From: a virus
Strand: one strand, 5' to 3'
Length of the DNA stretch: 64,000 nt
IMG/VR virus record: IMGVR_UViG_3300009506_000001
Span: 1 to 64,000 of that record
Part shown: in pieces, positions 46,090 through 55,027 of the stretch
How the letters are laid out: the number at the start of each line of letters is the position of its first letter
Position numbering within the stretch: the first letter of the stretch is position 1
The notes under the pieces: generated by a model
What the model was told of the DNA's origin: nothing
Seen by the model: the letters and a program-made list of their open reading frames with translations, nothing else
Databases searched by the model: none
Made by a program: the position numbers and the translations under genes

Positions 46090-47037
46090 TTACTTAAGCC
46101 CTGCTAGACGCTGTAGGCGAACACGAGCAGCCTCTGTTAGGTGCTCTTTGCCTGCTACATCTTCAGCAGCTCTTTCTTCTTTCAAGGTTTCATCGTCACC
46201 AGTGACAACCTTACCGTCACTTTCGGACAACACTTCACCTTCATCTTCGGTGCCTTCAGCTAGTACTGTATCTTCCTTCTCTGAAGCCTCCTCAACGACC
46301 TCTGCACTCTCACGTAGTACACGGCCGATGAAGGTTTGATAGCCCTCTTCAAGCTGTTCTGTTGCAACGTTACGAAGGATAGCCTCCATAACCTCACGGG
46401 AACGACCTGTCAAAGGTTTTAGCACTGTCGTGAGCTTAGCGTCACGCTCCATCTTGGCCAACTTACGCTCGCTCTCTTCAAGAGCAGCAGTTGTGTCAGA
46501 TAGACGCTCTTCTGTCTCACGTAGTGTTCCTTCTAGGGACTCGTCATCAGCATAGTTTGTTGCGTACTCGTTAGCGAATGCTTCGAAGAGCTTACGGCCA
46601 AACTGGACCTTACGTGCGTCTTCGATATCTTCACGGAGTTCTTCAACTTCAGCTGCTAGGCGAATCTCCAAAAATGCGTCGAGTTTCTCGACAAGTTCTG
46701 CTAGGTCAGACTTGAGCTCCTCGCCCATCTCCGACTTAGCTTCAACCACCTTTTCAGCATACTCAGCTTCTAGGTCACGGAAACGATTAATGTCGTCCTT
46801 AAGCTCAGCAACTTCTTCCGCTAGGAAATCACCAATCTTGGTGTCAATTGCTTCGATTAGGGCATCACGCTCCTGCATCCACTGCTCAGTTAGCTCGGTG
46901 CGAACGTCAGCCTCAGTAGCCTTACGGACTTCTTCGACTGCCTCAGTTAGCTTTGTGCTTAGAGCTGTTTCAAGTTCTTTCTTTGTATCCTCAGAAAGCA
47001 CTTCAGCCTCTAGCAATTTTTGAAGTAGTTCTTCCAT
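46090..47037 (-). CDS. Prohead scaffold (T4 gp22-like)
   Basis: Acidic coiled coil upstream of capsid; FGRKLFEAF; ends RLQRLAGL; likely start MEELLQ. Confidence 0.85.
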   Translation of the reverse strand: MEELLQKLLEAEVLSEDTKKELETALSTKLTEAVEEVRKATEADVRTELTEQWMQERDALIEAIDTKIGDFLAEEVAELKDDINRFRDLEAEYAEKVVEAKSEMGEELKSDLAELVEKLDAFLEIRLAAEVEELREDIEDARKVQFGRKLFEAFANEYATNYADDESLEGTLRETEERLSDTTAALEESERKLAKMERDAKLTTVLKPLTGRSREVMEAILRNVATEQLEEGYQTFIGRVLRESAEVVEEASEKEDTVLAEGTEDEGEVLSESDGKVVTGDDETLKEERAAEDVAGKEHLTEAARVRLQRLAGLK

Positions 47038-47133
47038 TCTTTCGCTCCTCTGTAACTTAGAGTTTGTTGTGTTCAAATGAAGTTTACGTAAACTTATTGT
47101 TTTACAATTGTTATTTATGTTGCTTTAATACAC

Positions 47134-47168
47134 AAAAAGGTTTTTATCCCCTTGCGGAGATAAAAACC
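47134..47168 (-). terminator. Rho-independent terminator after the tandem small genes
   Basis: ggtttttatc / gataaaaacc stem with U-tract on minus. Confidence 0.65.
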
Positions 47169-47225
47169 CTATAGTTTTGGGGAAGTTATGATAACCCTAA
47201 AGTAGGTATTTATTTGAACTTTTTG

Positions 47226-47438
47226 TTATGCAACAACTGCATATGTGGCAATATCGTACCAGTCGGCAGCTTCACCTGCTGGGGAGCCAGCAGCCTGACG
47301 TGCAACTGCAACTGCACCCAAACCACCATTTGCATCAGATACAAAAACCAAGTTACCAAGATAATCAGCTGCTACAGGTAGAGTTGCTAGTGTATACGAG
47401 ACCAGTTGAGCTGGACGTCCATTATTTAATAGTGCCAT
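47226..47438 (-). CDS. 70-aa putative head decoration/fibre module, copy 2
   Basis: Start MALLNNG at 47438; about 76% identical to 47465..47677. Confidence 0.75.
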   Translation of the reverse strand: MALLNNGRPAQLVSYTLATLPVAADYLGNLVFVSDANGGLGAVAVARQAAGSPAGEAADWYDIATYAVVA

Positions 47439-47464
47439 TTGCGTATTCCTTTTAAAACTTTGTA

Positions 47465-47677
47465 TTAGGCTACAACTGTGTAGTCGACAACATCGACCCA
47501 TTCAGCAGCTTCACCAATTGGAGAACCACTGGTGTAACGTGCAACTGCAACTGCACCCAAACCACCATTTGCATCAGATACGTAGACCAAGCTGCCAACG
47601 TGCAGTGCAGCTGCTGGTAGAGTTGCTAGCGTGTAAGAGACCAGCTCAGCTGGACGTCCGTTATTTAATAGTGCCAT
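47465..47677 (-). CDS. 70-aa putative head decoration/fibre module, copy 1
   Basis: YTLATLP...G.LVYVSDANGG; TATAAATA at 47720-27. Confidence 0.75.
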   Translation of the reverse strand: MALLNNGRPAELVSYTLATLPAAALHVGSLVYVSDANGGLGAVAVARYTSGSPIGEAAEWVDVVDYTVVA

Positions 47678-47735
47678 TTTTCTTTCTCCCGTTAAGTAAG
47701 TTTAAAGTATTTGTTATATTATTTATAAAACAAAG

Positions 47736-48371
47736 TTATTTCTTGGCGTACAAACCCTGGTTGATGAAATCAATAATTGCTTTCTTGAAGTACTCTTGAG
47801 CATCAGGATCTTCCTTAACGGTCTCTGCCAAGGTCATTGCTTTGCGTCCTTTGCTGTTCATCATCATGGATTCATAAACGGCTTCTGGTACTGCACCAGG
47901 TGCAGAAGGTGTTGCAACAAGATCAACTGTAACAAAGTTGAAATCCGAAACACCACCACCTTCATTGACAGCACCAGCACCACGACTGGAGACGCCAATC
48001 TTCACACCACTCTTTACGAGCTCACGAGCAATGTTGCCCATTGGAGTGCCAAGTAGCTTAGCCTTCCCAACAGCATTGTTGCCCTCCATACGCATCTCTG
48101 TGATGACGTGAGAGATACGGTCAAGATTGATTGTAAGCGTCTGTGGATGATCTAGCTCACCGAAGATACCACCATGTTCCTTAATAGTCTGCTGAGCATT
48201 GTCAACAGCCTTAGTAAGTTCAGATAGTGGGTAGATACGACCGTTCCGATTCTTCAGTTCTGCCTGCATATACACGCCAGAAAGCCAGACATTTTTACCG
48301 TCATGGCTAGCTTCTGTGATAAGACCAGCCTCTTCAGCACCAAGTGATTCGATCAGTAGTGAATGTTCCAT
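47736..48371 (-). CDS. Prohead protease (T4 gp21-like)
   Basis: NRNGRIYP, GELDHP, ISHVI, GVSSRG, DLVATPSAPGA. Confidence 0.95.
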   Translation of the reverse strand: MEHSLLIESLGAEEAGLITEASHDGKNVWLSGVYMQAELKNRNGRIYPLSELTKAVDNAQQTIKEHGGIFGELDHPQTLTINLDRISHVITEMRMEGNNAVGKAKLLGTPMGNIARELVKSGVKIGVSSRGAGAVNEGGGVSDFNFVTVDLVATPSAPGAVPEAVYESMMMNSKGRKAMTLAETVKEDPDAQEYFKKAIIDFINQGLYAKK

Positions 48372-48394
48372 GATTCTTTCCTTGTCAAATTGAC

Positions 48395-49201
48395 TTATTC
48401 GACCTTACCGAATTTATTCTTTGCACGAAGAGCAAATTCAATCTCGTTCTGTCTTTCAAACTCTGCGGAACCTTTCTTGTGAGGACCAGACTTCTTGAGT
48501 TTTGCAAGCATTGACTTTAGCTCTGCTTCGGTCTTGCCTTTGTACTTGCCCTTTTCCTTGGTGTCCATTTTACCTGGGTGTGCCCACTTTTCGGCAAGCT
48601 CTTTACCATCACGGGAACCGTGAACGTTGCGAGCCTTATCGGTGCGACGATCTTCTTTCATGCCGTCACCGTGAGGGCTCTTTGTACCCATTGGAGCATC
48701 CTTTAGGCCCCTAGCACCTTTGTCTTCGGACTTGGCACCACGGGAATTATCCTTGTGAGGAACATCTTTGTAAGCGTCACCACACTTCTCGTCGGCACCA
48801 GACTTGCTATCTGCCTTTAGCTTACGAGCGTCTTTCTTGACCTTCTCATAGCCATATCCACGAGAGTTATCCTTGTGAACAACTTTCTTGTATGCTTCAC
48901 CACGATCACGATTCATCATAGACTTGTCGTGGGACATTGCGGACTCCTTCATTTTTTCTTTCTTTTCTTCCTTCTCGTCGTCCTCGTCTTCGTCCTCATC
49001 CTCGTCTTCGTCTTCGTCGTCTTCTTTCTCTTCCTTCTCGCCCTTTTCTTCCTTCTCTTCTTTCTCGTCTTCCTCTTCCTTTTCTTCACCTAGGACGATT
49101 CCACGAGTCTTAGAAGCAAGATAGTCATGAAGGTGCTTGGATGCAGCATCCGTGTCATCAGAGATGATTGCTTCAAGCATAGCACGTAGATGTTTCTTCA
49201 T
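48395..49201 (-). CDS. Highly charged prohead core protein (gp67/gp68-like)
   Basis: D/E/K runs, repeated AYK.V.HKDNSRG; lies between portal and protease. Confidence 0.7.
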   Translation of the reverse strand: MKKHLRAMLEAIISDDTDAASKHLHDYLASKTRGIVLGEEKEEEDEKEEKEEKGEKEEKEDDEDEDEDEDEDEDDEKEEKKEKMKESAMSHDKSMMNRDRGEAYKKVVHKDNSRGYGYEKVKKDARKLKADSKSGADEKCGDAYKDVPHKDNSRGAKSEDKGARGLKDAPMGTKSPHGDGMKEDRRTDKARNVHGSRDGKELAEKWAHPGKMDTKEKGKYKGKTEAELKSMLAKLKKSGPHKKGSAEFERQNEIEFALRAKNKFGKVE

Positions 49202-49213
49202 TGTCGTATCCTT

Positions 49214-49366
49214 TTAGTCGTCTGTGTCTGGAGTCTCATCAGGAACTCCGTGAATTTCTTCACGCATTCTATCACTTAGATAGTCATGGAATGCGATCTG
49301 AGCCTCTTCAGGTTTGTCATTGATCAATGCGTCTAGCATTGTATTCAGCTTGTCTTTATCAGCCAT
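49214..49366 (-). CDS. 50-aa prohead core protein (gp67-like), not in the ORF track
   Basis: MADKDKLNTMLDALINDKPEEAQIAFHDYLSDRMREE...; SD GAGGAG; resembles the N-terminus of 48395. Confidence 0.75.
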   Translation of the reverse strand: MADKDKLNTMLDALINDKPEEAQIAFHDYLSDRMREEIHGVPDETPDTDD

Positions 49367-49435
49367 AACAAATTCTCCTCTTACTATTTATGGGTTTAGA
49401 CGTATTTACTTTTGTTTTTACGCCGCTCCCTAATA

Positions 49436-50275
49436 TTAAAGGTCGAATTCTAGACGATAACCAACGATTGTACCGCTGTCGCTGATTGCAGTCTGTGCAG
49501 TTGTCAAGGCTGTGCCAGAAAGAGCAGCACCCCAATCGGAGGTCCCATCCCACATACGAATCGTTGTACCATCAACTAGATAGTAATCTGTGGAAACCTT
49601 GTAAACAGTTGCTGCAGAGCTCCAGTTGACATCGTCGGAAGTTTTCACATGATCCTGGAACCATGCACCTGCATCAGGGTCATGGTATTCAAAAGTCCAA
49701 GCAACTGGAGCACCTGTATCGACCATTGCTGCTGGAACAGTGATGGCGTAAGACGTTACATCTGGAAGAGTACGGCTTGGAGCGTCCGCACCCGTGTAGA
49801 ACATGTACTGCAATGAAAATGGATCAGCCGCTGTAACCTTATCGGTTGTCGTCCAGTAGGTGAGGAAGTTGTTATCAATTAGGGTATAAATCTGACGACG
49901 TGTTTTGATAGCTGCACGCCAATCCGATACAATCGTGATTGTTGTGTTAGGCTCACCACGTCGGTTTGATGTGAATGTGTCACAACCGACCTCATATGTA
50001 CCTGCATATGTTCCACTTGTGATTACACGTGACCACGTATGTGCACCTGCACTACAAGCGGTGTGACCCAAATCAGCTTCAAACATATCAACGTCTGGGG
50101 TAGCGGAACTACTATCGTCGTCGTAGAGATATTCAATCTCCATGATGCTGACAGGTGTTTCATTATCAGCGGATTCTGTGATGTTTAGCCGCCAACCATT
50201 TGCCTGCAGTGCAAAGGTGGATGCTGAAGCAACAAGTAGCATTAGGCCTGCAAAAGCAGCAAAGAATTTGTTCAT
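49436..50275 (-). CDS. Exported protein with signal peptide and discoidin-like beta domain
   Basis: MNKFFAAFAGLMLLVASASTFA signal; WRLNIT...IMEIEY and APVAWTFE motifs; AATAAATA at 50303-10. Confidence 0.7.
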   Translation of the reverse strand: MNKFFAAFAGLMLLVASASTFALQANGWRLNITESADNETPVSIMEIEYLYDDDSSSATPDVDMFEADLGHTACSAGAHTWSRVITSGTYAGTYEVGCDTFTSNRRGEPNTTITIVSDWRAAIKTRRQIYTLIDNNFLTYWTTTDKVTAADPFSLQYMFYTGADAPSRTLPDVTSYAITVPAAMVDTGAPVAWTFEYHDPDAGAWFQDHVKTSDDVNWSSAATVYKVSTDYYLVDGTTIRMWDGTSDWGAALSGTALTTAQTAISDSGTIVGYRLEFDL

Positions 50276-50305
50276 GTTCATCTCCTCAAGAAGTTATAAC
50301 GGTAT

Positions 50306-52045
50306 TTATTGTAGACCGCCTGCTTCTGCGGCTCCTGGACCACCTGCTTCGGCTTGTGCGGCTTCTATGCCAGCTCCACCACCTGCTTCGCCACCTGCAC
50401 CGGCCTCCATTCCCATTTCACCGCCAGGTGCTCCTAAAGGTGCTGGACCACCCATTGCGGACATGCCGCCAACGCCACCAAGTGCACCCATTTCCTCACC
50501 AGTACCATACAACATAGGCAGATCACCAGGCTTTTGGTTATCTGGGTCCATGCCACGCTCTTCACGCAGCATACGCTCGTTCATAATAATCTCTTCGTCT
50601 TCCATCTGTAGGTAACGAGACAGAATGAAACGCTTAGACAGATATGGAATCGAATCTGCAGAACCATACGTACCAAGTAATGCAGCATCCGTCTCCTGCT
50701 GACGATATACACCAAAGTTTGTTGGGTCTGGAAGACGAATTCGATATAAAGCCTCATCAATAATGATGTTGGAACGGCGAAGATATTTCTTGAACTCTGC
50801 ATCAAGAACCTGTTCTATATAGCCCTGTAGTCGCTGAATGTAAAGAGCAAAACGTAACTCCTGGATGTAAGCAACACCAACTTTACCATCATTAAAGACT
50901 GCACCTTCTGCACCTTCTGTCATGTAGGAAGTAGGTATACGAAGACCACGCCATACTTTCTTCTGGAAGTATTCCAAGTCAGCCAATTCACCAAGGCCCT
51001 GACCACCAGGCAATGTATCAACTTTGGAACCACGACCATCAGCACGCTGAGCAAAGAAGAAGTCTTCACTCATTGATTGTGGATTGTAAACAGAATCTAC
51101 GTTCTGCTGGCCACCATTGATGGTTGGAACCTTCTTCTGTTTGATTTCATTCTTGATCTGCTCCAGGTACGTCTTAACACGCTGTGGAGGCATTTTACCA
51201 ACGTCAATATAGAAAACACGACGTTCTGGTGCACGCTGAATACGATAAATGATAACAGCATCTTCGAGCAGTTCCTTTTGCTTGTGAGCACGATAGACTG
51301 GTCCAAGAACAGAGTCACCAAATGGTGCTGCATCGGACATGTCATCATTTAGTGTGAAGCGAACGATTTCATCTGATGGAACAAGCTCTGTGCTAATGTC
51401 TGAGGAGGCACTTGAGACGGGTACACCATAGCTTGCCTTTACTTTCTTTGAATCTGTTTTAACCTGCCAACCGAGAACATTTGTAACATCATTTTCATCA
51501 ACTAAGGCACCAACAATGTTCTTTGGATGAATGTACTGCCACTTGACTGTTGGTTCTTGTTTAATTTTTCGGAAGAAACAATCCCCATACTTTGCGGTCA
51601 TTCGGGAAACTTTAAACAGCCGTGTCTCCCAGTCGTGAATCTGGCTCCAATACTTCAGAGCAGCTTTTAGGGTCAATACTGTGGAGTTTGAAACTCGCTC
51701 TTCCTTTTCGGCGTCAACCTGAACGATTAGGCACTCGTCGGTTTTGGGTTCGTTACCCGTCATTTCTTCGGCAATTGTGTCAAGGGCACGAGCGACCTCA
51801 ACGTCGTTGTCCATAAGATCGTATTCACGGTAACGGGTGAGACGAGAAGCAGAACCCTGAACAAGACGCTGATACCAGCTGAAATTACCATACGCACCTT
51901 GGTCACCAATTGACTGATTGTCGGTAACTTTCGTGACGTTAGGCTTTGGTTCAACCAATTTGTAGAAACCAGTCCACTTTGCGTGGTTACTGGTTCGTCT
52001 TGGCTGTTGTTCCTGAGCTGAAAAGTCTTGTGCTAGTTCTGGCAT
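50306..52045 (-). CDS. Portal protein (T4 gp20-like)
   Basis: LEDAVIIYRIQRAPERRVFYIDVGKMP, EDFFF, VDTLPGG, QELRF; TATAAATA at 52068-75. Confidence 0.95.
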   Translation of the reverse strand: MPELAQDFSAQEQQPRRTSNHAKWTGFYKLVEPKPNVTKVTDNQSIGDQGAYGNFSWYQRLVQGSASRLTRYREYDLMDNDVEVARALDTIAEEMTGNEPKTDECLIVQVDAEKEERVSNSTVLTLKAALKYWSQIHDWETRLFKVSRMTAKYGDCFFRKIKQEPTVKWQYIHPKNIVGALVDENDVTNVLGWQVKTDSKKVKASYGVPVSSASSDISTELVPSDEIVRFTLNDDMSDAAPFGDSVLGPVYRAHKQKELLEDAVIIYRIQRAPERRVFYIDVGKMPPQRVKTYLEQIKNEIKQKKVPTINGGQQNVDSVYNPQSMSEDFFFAQRADGRGSKVDTLPGGQGLGELADLEYFQKKVWRGLRIPTSYMTEGAEGAVFNDGKVGVAYIQELRFALYIQRLQGYIEQVLDAEFKKYLRRSNIIIDEALYRIRLPDPTNFGVYRQQETDAALLGTYGSADSIPYLSKRFILSRYLQMEDEEIIMNERMLREERGMDPDNQKPGDLPMLYGTGEEMGALGGVGGMSAMGGPAPLGAPGGEMGMEAGAGGEAGGGAGIEAAQAEAGGPGAAEAGGLQ

Positions 52046-52092
52046 TGTGATTCCTATAGGTTTTCGGTATTTATACTCTGGAATATCGTCGC

Positions 52093-53850
52093 TTACTTGT
52101 TCTTGCCTTTACCCTTACCAATGACCTGTGGTTTAGTGTTTGCAACAACCTTTCCTTGCATCTTCAGCTGCTCTTCTAGTTTGGCTAGTGTCTCTTTCAG
52201 TATCTGGATGCTTTGCTGGTCTGTCATTCGCTGTTGTTCAGTATCAGTTGCTAGCCGTTCATTCAATGTAGCGAGTGTCACATTCACGTCCCCAATTTTT
52301 TGGGCGGTTTCCTGTGTTGCTTTAATTGCATCATCACGCTGTTGGGCTGCCGCTCTTTCTTGTTCTTCCTGTGTTGTAAAATATCCTTTAAGTGCTCCAA
52401 TGACTCCCTTCTCAGCGACGTCAGAGCCAACCTTCAAAGCAGCCACTGCTGCCCCTGCCTTCAATGCAAACGTTCCAACATCTTTGATCATGCCAGGAAC
52501 TTCCGGTACCCAGCTCTTTTCCATAACAGCACTGAGTTTGTCAAGAGCACTTGCAACTCCTGCAAGGTTCTCCGTGTTCTTACCCATTATTTTGATGTTA
52601 TCACGTTGGGCTTGAGTGATCTTGCCTCCTGCTTCCCCTAGCTTTGTTGCAAATACATCTGGAAGCTTATCTAGACCAGTCTTCATTGCTATCATGCTGA
52701 CAGATAGCTCTTTACCAAGTCCCTGTGTGCGAGACTCCTTAGCTAATGTTTGGAATTGGCCGAGAGCTTTTGCCATCGTCTGACGCTCTTGCTCAGTTGC
52801 TCGATCACCTTTGCGGTAAATGTTTGCAACCTCTTGAGCATTCTCAATACCCAGAGCAGCCATACCAGCCTGCATTTTCGCTGCTTCCTTAATACGATCG
52901 AGAGGCCCCTTACCACTTAACTTCTCAAGAGCTTTTGATGCAGCCTCTGCTTGCTCCGTCGACATACCCATTGCCTTCAGGTTCTTGTAGCGATCCTGAA
53001 TTTCTAGTAGTATTTGTAGGCGACGTTTTTTATCAGCGGCACTCATCAAACGGGTACGAACTTCATCCTCTTTTACCATGCCTTTGAGGTAATCTCTGGA
53101 CTCTTCATACGTGATACCCATCTTCAACAAATCATCGTTTGTCCTATCGAGTCGCTTTCCAAATTCTCCATATAGATCACTTGCCTTTCCACCTGAGTAG
53201 GTAAGAAGATTCATCATCTCAGTCTGATGCTTCATGGCTTCTACATGATCACCAATTCGATCAAAGTATTTGCTCTGCTGCGATGCCAACTTATCTTGCC
53301 ATTGACTGAAGCCCCCCATGTTGATAGATGCAATACGGGAAGTTTTATTAAACTCATTTAGTTCCTTGATTGAAACACCAAGCATTTGGAATGTTTTTGC
53401 TGTACGATCAGCGTAGGCCTTAAAGCCCGTTGATGCACCTTTCAAACCATCCTGCAATTCAGAAAAATCACCGTCCAGTGCCTTTGCAATTGCCGATTGT
53501 AGGCTACCAGCATCCGAAAATGCCTCCATGCTGCCATCTAGTGCTTGCACACCACCAGTTATGCCCGATCGGAACTCATCCATAAGCATACCAATGCCTC
53601 GGTTTCCAGTGAGGTTCCGAATCGAATCCATTGTGTCAGAAAGGTAACCAGTGAATTTCTTAGTTGCTGTTGTGGCTTTTTGGAAGGCAGTAGTATTCTG
53701 GGTTACTGCATTTGTGTTGTCACCACGGCCACCACCTCCGCCACCACCAGCAGCTGCTCCGTTGCCACCAGCCGCATTACGGAATGCTTCCTCAATCTGG
53801 CCGATTGCTTGACGGGAATAACTTTGTATAATTACTGTTTGGTCAGTCAT
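52093..53850 (-). CDS. Tape-measure-like helical protein
   Basis: A/G/K/M-rich helical 585 aa, divergent from the gp26-like gene; CATAAATA at 53881-88. Confidence 0.6.
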   Translation of the reverse strand: MTDQTVIIQSYSRQAIGQIEEAFRNAAGGNGAAAGGGGGGGRGDNTNAVTQNTTAFQKATTATKKFTGYLSDTMDSIRNLTGNRGIGMLMDEFRSGITGGVQALDGSMEAFSDAGSLQSAIAKALDGDFSELQDGLKGASTGFKAYADRTAKTFQMLGVSIKELNEFNKTSRIASINMGGFSQWQDKLASQQSKYFDRIGDHVEAMKHQTEMMNLLTYSGGKASDLYGEFGKRLDRTNDDLLKMGITYEESRDYLKGMVKEDEVRTRLMSAADKKRRLQILLEIQDRYKNLKAMGMSTEQAEAASKALEKLSGKGPLDRIKEAAKMQAGMAALGIENAQEVANIYRKGDRATEQERQTMAKALGQFQTLAKESRTQGLGKELSVSMIAMKTGLDKLPDVFATKLGEAGGKITQAQRDNIKIMGKNTENLAGVASALDKLSAVMEKSWVPEVPGMIKDVGTFALKAGAAVAALKVGSDVAEKGVIGALKGYFTTQEEQERAAAQQRDDAIKATQETAQKIGDVNVTLATLNERLATDTEQQRMTDQQSIQILKETLAKLEEQLKMQGKVVANTKPQVIGKGKGKNK

Positions 53851-53972
53851 TTATTAATTCTCTTTGAATGGAATCCTTTATATTTATGGTTGGTATCTCC
53901 CCGAAGTTTGCGATGTAAATAATTATTGAGGAGGATGTAAATATCCTGCACTTACTTTACGAGGAAAACTAA

Positions 53973-54758
53973 ATGTCTGAACCAAATACCCAAAATCCAC
54001 TATTACAACGTGCTCACATTCCAGGGCAGACGTTTGCATTGCCGTCTGGAGGTATCTTCTACACGCACGGAGAGTTGGATGAAAGTGTTGAGAATGGTGA
54101 GGTTGTGGTTCATCCTATGGTCACTATGGACGAGATCATTATGAAGACCCCCGACAAGATCCTTAACGGTGTAGCTATCTCAGAGGTGTTCAAACGCTGC
54201 ATACCACAAGTCCTGAAGCCAAACCAGCTCCTTGCTCGTGACGTTGATTTTCTAGTCGTATGTCTTCGCAAGGTTACATATGGAAATCAGATTGAGCTAA
54301 GCTACACCCACAACTGCAAAGATGCCCAGGAACACTCTTATCTCGTTCCTCTCGATCCACTCATTTCTCACGCTAAGAAGATTGATGCTGCATCGGCCAA
54401 ACAAGACTACACTCTCACGTTGCCTAATCAGCAGGTGGTGAAATTGCTACCACCGAAGTATGAGCAGATGCTACATTTCTATCAATCCTACAATGCAAAT
54501 GCAACGCAGGAGGAGGCTCATCGTCGGCTAATGGAAACGACGTCATCGTTGATCGAATCCGTAGATGGAATTACAAACCGTGACAATATTGTAGAATGGG
54601 CAATGACAATCCCTGCAGGTTACACAAAGGCCATCGGAGATCGTGTTGCTAGTGTTAGCACGTGGGGCCCGGAATTGAAGTCAAAGATTAAGTGTAGGGA
54701 CTGCGAAGAGGAAGTGGAGGTTGATATCTCACTTAACCCTATGCATTTTTTTTCATAA
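53973..54758 (+). CDS. Baseplate hub assembly protein / tail chaperone (T4 gp26-like)
   Basis: LPSGGIFY, PMVTMDE, DVDFLVVCLRKVTYG, C..C..E, ends HFFS. Confidence 0.75.
   Translation: MSEPNTQNPLLQRAHIPGQTFALPSGGIFYTHGELDESVENGEVVVHPMVTMDEIIMKTPDKILNGVAISEVFKRCIPQVLKPNQLLARDVDFLVVCLRKVTYGNQIELSYTHNCKDAQEHSYLVPLDPLISHAKKIDAASAKQDYTLTLPNQQVVKLLPPKYEQMLHFYQSYNANATQEEAHRRLMETTSSLIESVDGITNRDNIVEWAMTIPAGYTKAIGDRVASVSTWGPELKSKIKCRDCEEEVEVDISLNPMHFFS
54746..54754 (+). other. Candidate -1 ribosomal frameshift site (T8 run)
   Basis: CAT TTT TTT TCA TAA; the -1 frame is open into ORF 54794..54976. Confidence 0.6.
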
Positions 54759-54793
54759 CGCTGAAAACAGGAACTCATGAAGACATCATCAAG

Positions 54794-54976
54794 ATGTTTA
54801 ATGAGATGGACAGGTCAGTTAAGAACCTTCTCAAATCTGTCATCCAATTGGTTTACTTTATGAACGGCTCAATACAATACGACGACATGATGTGGAGAAC
54901 GCCCTTTGAAAGGGATCTAATGGAAGAGTTTGTTATAGAGCACTTGAACGCAAAGGCCAAAGCATTGAAACGATAG
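54794..54976 (+). CDS. gp51-like baseplate assembly protein, possibly a frameshift extension
   Basis: YFMNGSIQYDDMMWRTPFER; no SD before the ATG. Confidence 0.65.
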   Translation: MFNEMDRSVKNLLKSVIQLVYFMNGSIQYDDMMWRTPFERDLMEEFVIEHLNAKAKALKR

Positions 54977-55000
54977 GATCTGGTTTTCAGCGATCCAACA

Positions 55001-55027
55001 AAAACGGCCCGAAGGGCCGTTTTCTTT
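55001..55027. terminator. Bidirectional terminator
   Basis: aaaacggccc-gaa-gggccgtttt between convergent genes. Confidence 0.8.

Noticed and set aside
48875-49124. Poly-Ser and poly-Phe ORFs / apparent microsatellite
   Set aside because: Antisense reading of the D/E/K-rich prohead core gene
50306-50510. G/A/P-rich portal C-terminus as a novel domain
   Set aside because: Low-complexity tails are common on T4-like portals
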